Below, one piece after another: positions 57,713 through 64,000 of a DNA stretch of 64,000 bases (within the stretch, counting starts at the first letter, position 1; each line of letters starts with the position of its first letter). The position numbers and the translations under genes are program-made. The notes beneath the pieces were generated by a model. That model did not search any database. It saw nothing but the letters and a program-made list of their open reading frames with translations, and had not been told where the DNA came from. This stretch comes from Candidatus Saccharicenans sp. (GTDB lineage Bacteria > Acidobacteriota > Aminicenantia > Aminicenantales > Saccharicenantaceae): contig JAOAIU010000007.1 in the NCBI GenBank assembly GCA_026414545.1, forward strand, positions 39,261-103,260, read 5' to 3'.

Positions 57713-60007
57713 ATGAAAAGGAAAGTTTGTTGGCTTATTCTGGCAGCGATAAATTTAATACTGGTTTCGGCTATTCTGGCCCAGGCTGCCGACTTGAGAA
57801 AGATCGAAGTCAAATCGGGCCTGCTGTCGACCAGGGTCATCCTGACAGCCGATAACCCGGTCCAGGTAAAGAGTCTGAGCTATGTGTCCGAGGCTCCCCC
57901 GGTGCTATCTATGGAACTGCTCAAGGCCAGACCGGTGGAACTTCCGGCCACGATTGAACCGGGCAGCCGCTTGATTAAGAATGTCCGGATGGAACCCCTG
58001 GGCGAAAACCTGAGAATCCAGATGCAGTTAACAGATAAAGTGCCCTTCCGGCTACTGGTGGAAGACGGTAAAACAATCCTGGAATTCAACGAATTCCTGA
58101 GGGCTTCTTCCTACCAGATAGACCCGGCCATGACTGCCCTGATCCGGCCGGAAAACCAGGTCAGTTTCGGCGACCTGAACGTGAAGAGCGAGGCCGACAA
58201 GGTTAGCTTTTTCATAGGCCTGACCGGCGAGGCTCCCTGGCAGACTTTTGCCCTGGAAAATCCCAGCCGGCTGGTGGTTGACCTGCTCAACACCAATTTC
58301 CTCAGGCCCAGCCAGTCTTACCAGGTAGGGCGGGCTAACGTGGAGAAAGTCAGGGTAGCCCAATTCAAGACGGGCGAACCCTGCCCCATAACCAGGCTGG
58401 TCTTTGACCTTAAGGATATCGGCTGGTATTCGCTTGATTCCACACCCCGTGGCCTCCAGATTTCGTTCTATTCACCCGAGGCCGTAATGGTAGCTGAGAA
58501 GCCGGCTGAACCGGCCAGAAAGGCCGAGCCGGTCAAGACTGCTCTGGCCAACGCCATGCCGGCCGCTGAAGACCAGAACACCAAGACCAAGAAGCCGGCC
58601 ATAAAAGTTGAAGAAAAGACAGAAATCCCTTCGACCAAAACCGAGCCGGCCCAGGCTGAAACCAGGACCGAGCCCGAACCGAAAGCGGCCAAGCCCCAGA
58701 CCCAGGAAAAAGAACAGTTCAAACCCAGGGTCATCCAGGCGGCCGAAGATAAATATTCCGGTGAACTGATCAGCCTGAAATTCAAGGACGCTGACCTGCG
58801 CGACGTAGTGCTCTTCCTGGCCGACTTTGCCGGGCTGAACGTCATTTTTGACCCCGAGGTCCGGGGCACCGTCACCTGCAACCTGCAGGAAGTTCCCTGG
58901 GACCAGGCCCTGGAAATCGTCCTTCGCCAGAACCGGATGGGCAAGGTCATTGAAGGCAACGTGCTGCGCATCGCCCCTATAGCCACTCTATCACGGGAAG
59001 ACGAAGATTTAAGAAGGCTCAAAGAGAGCAAGGAGCTGGCCGGCCCCATCCAGGTTAAGACCGTGACCCTGTCCTATTCAAAGGCCAGGGACGTACAGAA
59101 CCTGCTCAAGAGCCGGCTGTCCAAGAGCGGTGAAATCGTCATTGACGAAAGAACCAATACCCTGATCATCAGCGAGGTCCGGGACAGGATGGAACTGCTG
59201 GACAAGTTGATTGCAGTTCTGGACACGCCCACTCCCCAGGTTTCCATAGAGGCCAGGATCGTCGAAGCCACCTCAACCTTTGTCCGGAATCTGGGCATCC
59301 AGTGGGGCTACAAGGGTGTGATTGATCCCTTCTATGGCAACCAGACAGCCATTTCTTTCCCCAACAAGATTCTGGCTGACGGAGCCATGATTCCCCAAGG
59401 AATTGTGACCAAGGGCATCGGCGGTCCGCTGGGTGGCTATGCCATAAACCTGCCGGCCCCGGCTTTCAATACTGCCGTCGGCTTCTCCTTTGCCAACGTG
59501 CTCGATACTTTCAGGCTGGACGTGGCTCTAAGCGCCCTGGAAACTTCCGGCAACGGCCGCATCATTTCTTCTCCCAAGGTAACCACCCAGAACAACCAGG
59601 CAGCTGAAATCGTTCAGGGCCGTCAGATTCCGGTCCAGACCGTGGCCAACTTTACCGTTACCACCAGGTACGTCAACGCCGCCCTGGAGCTGCGAGCTAC
59701 TCCCCAGATCACGGCTGAAGGCACCATCATCATGAACATTGAAATCCAGAACAACGCCGCTGATTTCGCCAACCTGGTCAACGGCATCCCGCCCATCACC
59801 ACCCAGAGCGCCAAGACCACGGTCATGGTCCCCGACGGCGGCACCACGGTCATCGGCGGAATCTACCGAACAGAAGATTCAATCACCAGAGAACGCGTTC
59901 CTTACCTGCACAGTATCCCTGTCCTGGGAACTCTGTTCAGGTCCTTTGCCCGGACCAAACAGAACAGGGAACTGCTGATATTTATAACTCCAAGGATAAT
60001 CAAATAA
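57713..60007 (+). CDS. pilQ: Type IV pilus secretin PilQ with two N-terminal AMIN domains and a Pro/Ala/Glu/Lys-rich linker
   Basis: Start at the ATG at 57713 with a GGAGGAG SD. Signal peptide. Two AMIN-like repeats, a low-complexity linker, then N0/Secretin_N and the C-terminal secretin domain (...GTLFRSFARTKQNRELLIFITPRII). Confidence 0.9.
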   Translation: MKRKVCWLILAAINLILVSAILAQAADLRKIEVKSGLLSTRVILTADNPVQVKSLSYVSEAPPVLSMELLKARPVELPATIEPGSRLIKNVRMEPLGENLRIQMQLTDKVPFRLLVEDGKTILEFNEFLRASSYQIDPAMTALIRPENQVSFGDLNVKSEADKVSFFIGLTGEAPWQTFALENPSRLVVDLLNTNFLRPSQSYQVGRANVEKVRVAQFKTGEPCPITRLVFDLKDIGWYSLDSTPRGLQISFYSPEAVMVAEKPAEPARKAEPVKTALANAMPAAEDQNTKTKKPAIKVEEKTEIPSTKTEPAQAETRTEPEPKAAKPQTQEKEQFKPRVIQAAEDKYSGELISLKFKDADLRDVVLFLADFAGLNVIFDPEVRGTVTCNLQEVPWDQALEIVLRQNRMGKVIEGNVLRIAPIATLSREDEDLRRLKESKELAGPIQVKTVTLSYSKARDVQNLLKSRLSKSGEIVIDERTNTLIISEVRDRMELLDKLIAVLDTPTPQVSIEARIVEATSTFVRNLGIQWGYKGVIDPFYGNQTAISFPNKILADGAMIPQGIVTKGIGGPLGGYAINLPAPAFNTAVGFSFANVLDTFRLDVALSALETSGNGRIISSPKVTTQNNQAAEIVQGRQIPVQTVANFTVTTRYVNAALELRATPQITAEGTIIMNIEIQNNAADFANLVNGIPPITTQSAKTTVMVPDGGTTVIGGIYRTEDSITRERVPYLHSIPVLGTLFRSFARTKQNRELLIFITPRIIK

Positions 60008-60026
60008 GCGAGAGGAGAAGGAAGCA

Positions 60027-60614
60027 ATGAAGAACATCATATCCGGTCTTAAAATAATATCGGTCCTGGTGCTGGTACTGGCCCTATTTTCCTGCAACCC
60101 GGTGGAGAGAAACACCAATTCCGCCAGCTTTTTGATCATCGAAAGTATCATCGGCAAGGATACCCAGGGCAATGATTCCACGGCGGTTTTCTCCGATGTC
60201 ATCACCAACGGAGTGGTCTATTCTGACTTTGTTAATCTGACCGTTCGCGCGGCCACTCTGGACCCCAACCCGATCATGGGTGTCTCTCAGTACAGCGATG
60301 TCATGATCACCAATTACATAGTGACCTACATCAGAAGCGACGGAGCTACCGGCGAGGGAACCGACGTGCCTTACCATTTTGAAGGAACTTTGTCCACCCT
60401 GGTTCCCGTAGGCTCCTCGGTCAGTATCCCTCTGTTGATCGTGCGGGATGTAGCCAAGACCCAACCGCCTCTCAGCGCTCTGGTCGGAAACCCGACGGGT
60501 ATGCTGGAATGTACCGCTCGTATCGAATTGATCGGCCACGACCTGAGAAACCGGCAGGTCCGGCAGACCGGCCAGATCACGGTTCGCTTTGCCGATTATA
60601 TTGACCCGCAGTAA
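60027..60614 (+). CDS. Putative lipoprotein (195 aa, beta-rich), downstream of pilQ
   Basis: Signal peptide with a lipobox-like LALFSC. 19 nt after pilQ. No recognisable family. Confidence 0.45.
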   Translation: MKNIISGLKIISVLVLVLALFSCNPVERNTNSASFLIIESIIGKDTQGNDSTAVFSDVITNGVVYSDFVNLTVRAATLDPNPIMGVSQYSDVMITNYIVTYIRSDGATGEGTDVPYHFEGTLSTLVPVGSSVSIPLLIVRDVAKTQPPLSALVGNPTGMLECTARIELIGHDLRNRQVRQTGQITVRFADYIDPQ

Positions 60615-60640
60615 GAGGATTTTAGCCGCTCAGGTCAGTT

Positions 60641-62785
60641 TCACTGCCAGAGCCTGACCCAGAGATGGGCAGCAGGTTTCTCCATCCGGAATTTTCGCAG
60701 GTAAGAAAGTAGAGCTTCAACCTGGGTCTCGGATGATAACCTGACCATCAGCCTTACTTCCCGTTGCTCTTTGCGCCAGGTTTTCCGGGAAACTTTCGGC
60801 CCCAGAAGCTCCAGTCCGGGAAAATCCCTGTCCAGCTGTTCCAGGAGAAGACGGGAAGAACGCCCGGAACTTCGCAGTGAACGACCATCCAGCCCGACCT
60901 CAAGCAAATAGCTGAACGGAGGGTAATTCAGCAACCGCCTGTATTCTATTTCCCTCTGGTAGAAACCGGGAAAATCCCCGGACATGGCCTGAACTATTGC
61001 TTCCGGAGGAGGCCCGGCAGTAACCACCGCCACCCCGGAGCCTTCTTCGTTTCTCAGCAATTCCAGGGCGGAACTAGTCAGGGCTACCGTCTTTTCTGAC
61101 GCCCGGAAATCGGGCCGGTTAAGGCTGCTTTCCGGGTTGACCAGAACCAGACATGAGAAGTGATTCAACGGCAGCCGGCGCAGGGCATATTCGGTGCCTA
61201 TCACTAGGGGGCTCTTGCCCGAGCGTATTCTTTTCAGGCTCTTTTCCGCGGCTTTCTCTCCTACTCCCTCTTCCAGAACCTCAACTGGCTGATTGGGGAA
61301 GGCAGCCTGCAACTGCTCCTTCAAGTACTGGCTGCCGCGGACGCGCCCGGGCCTGAGTTTCAGGCGGCAGACTGGACATTCTTCCAGAGCCGGAGTTTCC
61401 CGCCCGCAATAACTGCAGCTAAGTTCTCCGCCCTTCGCCTTCAGGTTAAGGGCAATCCGGCACTGAGGACAGCGGGCGACGTAGCCGCAACTCGGGCAGA
61501 AAAGGTAACCGGCATAGCCTTTGCGGTTGACCAGGAAGAAAACATTGCCCCCGGCTCCCAGGCAGGAGGAGATTTCTTCCCGGAGCTCCTTTTTTAACAG
61601 CCTGGCTATATCTTTATCATAAAAATTGAGCCGCGGAACAAATTCCGGACGGCCGAGATCGAGAAGTGTTCCAGCCTGGAGGTGACGATGGTACTGACTG
61701 ATTCGGGGACAGCTTGAACTGAAAATCAGCAGGCTGTTTTCCAGTCTGGCCCTGATTCTGGCTGCTTCTCTGGTGTCAAAGGCCGGGCCATCAGCCTGGA
61801 AATGAAGGTCGTCGTGCTCCTCATCAACGACTATTAATGATATGGGCTGCACCGGCAGGAATAGGGCCGACCTGGTCCCGAATATGATCCTGGTCCGACC
61901 GGAAAGTACCTGGCTCCAGACATTTTCCCTGACTTTATCCGGAAGCTGGCTGTGCCAGCTCGCTGCCCGACTTCCAAACTCCTTTTCCAGAAGGCGCCAT
62001 TTTTCCAGCCTCTGGATATCCGGAACCAGAATCAAAACGAATCCATAACGCCCGGCCGAATAATCTGTGATTTTCCTCAGGAAATCCTGCCTTCTGTCCA
62101 GGCTTCCGGTGAGCAGGAAATTCCCGCCCTGGCCAGCCTCCAGCCTTGCCAGTAAGGGCTGGCCAACCCCCGGCAAGCCGTCAGGTCGGACCGGCAATAC
62201 CAGCTGACGGAAATTATCGGAAGCAGCCATCCGGAACGTTTTTTTTCTAGTTATTTTTTCCCTGATTTCCAGCAGGCCTTCCTGGCTCAGACTTCTCAGG
62301 TAGGAATTGATTTCCCTGAGCTTAAGCTTCCTCTTGATATATACCGGGCTTAGCTGGCGCTCAACCAGCAGGCTCAAGATCTGGCCCCGGCGGCCTTTCA
62401 TGCGGCCAGAGACCAGCTCCTGCAATCCTTTTTCGGTTATAAATAACCTTAGCCGGGGCTTCACTCTCGAGGCCGGAGGCTCGGCCATTTCCAGCAGTAG
62501 ACCGGGGGCAGTGAGGCTGCGCCCAGAAAGTTCCAGGGCAAATTTGAGGATTACCTCAGGTAACCGGAAAGAGTCCTGCGGGCAGGAGATTATTTCTTTA
62601 ACCTTGAATTCGGGTTCGCGGGTTAGCTCTTTGATCTCCAGCACATAGCCGCCCAGTTTCCTTGTGCCCAGAGGAGCGATGACCCTGGACCCGGGTTGCA
62701 CCTTTCCGGTCAGCTCAGGTGGCAGACGATAAAGGAAGGTCTGAAAGACCGGTAGCGGAAAAAGAACCTGGCAGTAGCTGGACAT
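60641..62785 (-). CDS. priA: Primosomal protein N' (PriA) homologue with degenerate ATPase motifs
   Basis: Collinear with PriA. It retains GTRSALF, the DEEHD Walker B and the 8-Cys double zinc finger CPSCGYVARCPQC...CSYCG...CPVC. Walker A reads LLTGSLDRRQD instead of GxTGSGKTE. Motif III reads SSSCP instead of GSATP. No GRxGR is present in motif VI. Confidence 0.8.
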   Translation of the reverse strand: MSSYCQVLFPLPVFQTFLYRLPPELTGKVQPGSRVIAPLGTRKLGGYVLEIKELTREPEFKVKEIISCPQDSFRLPEVILKFALELSGRSLTAPGLLLEMAEPPASRVKPRLRLFITEKGLQELVSGRMKGRRGQILSLLVERQLSPVYIKRKLKLREINSYLRSLSQEGLLEIREKITRKKTFRMAASDNFRQLVLPVRPDGLPGVGQPLLARLEAGQGGNFLLTGSLDRRQDFLRKITDYSAGRYGFVLILVPDIQRLEKWRLLEKEFGSRAASWHSQLPDKVRENVWSQVLSGRTRIIFGTRSALFLPVQPISLIVVDEEHDDLHFQADGPAFDTREAARIRARLENSLLIFSSSCPRISQYHRHLQAGTLLDLGRPEFVPRLNFYDKDIARLLKKELREEISSCLGAGGNVFFLVNRKGYAGYLFCPSCGYVARCPQCRIALNLKAKGGELSCSYCGRETPALEECPVCRLKLRPGRVRGSQYLKEQLQAAFPNQPVEVLEEGVGEKAAEKSLKRIRSGKSPLVIGTEYALRRLPLNHFSCLVLVNPESSLNRPDFRASEKTVALTSSALELLRNEEGSGVAVVTAGPPPEAIVQAMSGDFPGFYQREIEYRRLLNYPPFSYLLEVGLDGRSLRSSGRSSRLLLEQLDRDFPGLELLGPKVSRKTWRKEQREVRLMVRLSSETQVEALLSYLRKFRMEKPAAHLWVRLWQ

Positions 62786-63531
62786 CAGGATTTAAGCAGC
62801 TCAAGTACTTTTTTCATGTCTTCCCAGACCATTTTCTTGATTTCTTTATTCCCTTCATTCCGGACCAGGTAAGAAGGATGAAAAGTTGGCATAACCGGGA
62901 TTCCCTGAAACTCGCCAAAGTTCCCGCGCAGTTCGGACATGCTCTTCGGGCTTTGAAGAAGAAAGTCGGTGGCTACCTTTCCCAGGGCTACGATGACCTT
63001 AGGTCTAATCAGGTCTATCTGCCGAAGAAGGTAGGGAGAGCAGGCCTTGACCTCGTCGGGCCGGGGCGTGCGGTTCTCCGGCGGACGGCACTTGATGACA
63101 TTGGCAATGTAGACCTCTTCCCGGCTGAAACCCATGGCCTGAATAATCCGGGTCAGTAGCTGTCCGGCCCGGCCGACGAAAGGACGGCCTTGCAAGTCTT
63201 CGTCCCGCCCCGGAGCTTCGCCCACAAACATCAACCTGGCCTGCCGGTTCCCCTCGCCGGGTACAGCCTGGGTCCTCCCCTTAAAAAGGGGGCAGGCCTG
63301 GCAGCCCATGATTTTGCGAATCAGCCGTTCCCATTCTTCCCCGTCAGGAGTAATCTCTCCGCCAGCTCCAGAAAAGCCACTGGCTATCAGCAACTGATTC
63401 TCGGCCGTGGCGGCTCCATCTTTCCCGCTTGTCTTCCGCGGACTGACCAGAAACTCAACACCCAGGTCGCGGTAAAACTCCAGCCGGGTCCGCAATTCGT
63501 GCTTCAAGTCAGCTCTTTCCTTTTCGTTCAT
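62785..63531 (-). CDS. udg: Uracil-DNA glycosylase, family 4 (Fe-S type) with N-terminal extension
   Basis: GCQACPLFKGRTQAVPGEG, LMFVGEAPGRDED, GRPFVGRAG, HPS motifs. Confidence 0.85.
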   Translation of the reverse strand: MNEKERADLKHELRTRLEFYRDLGVEFLVSPRKTSGKDGAATAENQLLIASGFSGAGGEITPDGEEWERLIRKIMGCQACPLFKGRTQAVPGEGNRQARLMFVGEAPGRDEDLQGRPFVGRAGQLLTRIIQAMGFSREEVYIANVIKCRPPENRTPRPDEVKACSPYLLRQIDLIRPKVIVALGKVATDFLLQSPKSMSELRGNFGEFQGIPVMPTFHPSYLVRNEGNKEIKKMVWEDMKKVLELLKS

Positions 63532-64000
63532 TTAAGAGAACCTCGACCTCCGTCATTATTTCCTGGCTTATTTTTCTCTTGCTGGCCCGGGGAATCTTCC
63601 TGTAGCGGCCGTCCGGCCAGAACAGGGTAACCTCATTCTCGTCGCTTCCGAACCCTACCTCGGGCCTGGAGACATCGTTGCTGACCATCAGGTCGACCTT
63701 TTTCCTATTCATTTTCTCCAGGGCTCTATCTTCCAGCCGGCTGGTTTCGGCGGCAAACCCCACCAGCAACTGCCGTTCCTTCTGTCGCCCCAGCTCCTCC
63801 AGGATATCGGGGGCGGGTTCGATTTCTAGGGCTTTACCAATTTCAGCTTTCCTGGCTTTATCGGGCAGGGTCCGCTTAAATCGGAAATCAGCTACGGCCG
63901 CGGCCATCAGAACGACATCAGCCCGGGGATAATGCTTGAGAACAGCCTCCCTCATTTCTTCGGCAGTGTTCACCCTTTCCAGGTAGACACCAGACGGTGC
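63509..64000 (-). CDS. coaBC: Bifunctional phosphopantothenoylcysteine decarboxylase/phosphopantothenate-cysteine ligase, C-terminal (CoaB) part; N-terminus beyond window
   Basis: VLMAAAVADFR...LVGFAAET...DLMVSNDVS...GFGSDENEVTLF is the CoaB domain. The frame continues past position 64000. Confidence 0.8.
   Translation of the reverse strand, partial: APSGVYLERVNTAEEMREAVLKHYPRADVVLMAAAVADFRFKRTLPDKARKAEIGKALEIEPAPDILEELGRQKERQLLVGFAAETSRLEDRALEKMNRKKVDLMVSNDVSRPEVGFGSDENEVTLFWPDGRYRKIPRASKRKISQEIMTEVEVLLNERKGKS

Noticed and set aside
58468-59049. 193-aa Ser-rich minus-strand ORF inside pilQ
   Set aside because: Antisense to the PilQ low-complexity linker/secretin region.

Overview
The window is a 64 kb, roughly 58% GC stretch of a diderm (Gram-negative-type) bacterial chromosome. 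The organism is probably from a poorly characterised lineage: an outer-membrane secretin PilQ, OM-type proteins and periplasmic PpiA sit alongside several 'archaeal-type' housekeeping enzymes, namely a DRG/TGS GTPase, a bifunctional FBP aldolase/phosphatase and a short-form PSD. Contents from start to end:

- gyrB 5' portion (truncated at the window edge).
- A DRG-family GTPase.
- Two paralogous M28 peptidases flanking an OM beta-barrel protein and ppiA.
- A psd-pssA-M23 peptidase operon.
- fbp (class V) and a NUDIX-DUF2007 fusion.
- A complete but minimal dcw cluster: mraZ-rsmH-ftsL-ftsI-murE-murF-mraY-murD-ftsW-murG-murC-ftsQ-ftsA-ftsZ. murB and ddl are absent. The Pmra promoter and three MraZ-box direct repeats are visible.
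- hutI translationally coupled to ftsZ, followed by a formamidase-family gene.
- A B12-radical-SAM gene plus an APC permease.
- A TGA-interrupted PEGA-domain ORF.
- comM, an orphan MglA-like GTPase with a C-terminal extension, a LOG-like gene, truA, rimI, tsaB and an IDH/IPMDH-family dehydrogenase.
- A self-contained five-gene ECF sigma / zf-HC2 anti-sigma module. Its three other members are secreted proteins (one a lipoprotein) that share a previously unrecognised ~75-aa C-terminal domain ending in W(L/I)E. The module has its own ECF-type promoter and a rho-independent terminator. This is the best candidate for an undescribed system in the window.
- An RRM protein, a 599-aa orphan secreted protein, sppA, ftsB and a PGM/PMM-family mutase.
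- An 814-aa membrane protein with a degenerate spermidine-synthase-like core and a duplicated TM module.
- pcm, then coaD-pilMNOPQ plus a downstream lipoprotein.
- A PriA homologue with degenerate ATPase motifs, a family-4 UDG and the 3' portion of coaBC.

No rRNA, tRNA, CRISPR array, transposase or integrase was found. Many track ORFs are antisense or out-of-frame shadows of these genes, as expected in GC-rich DNA.
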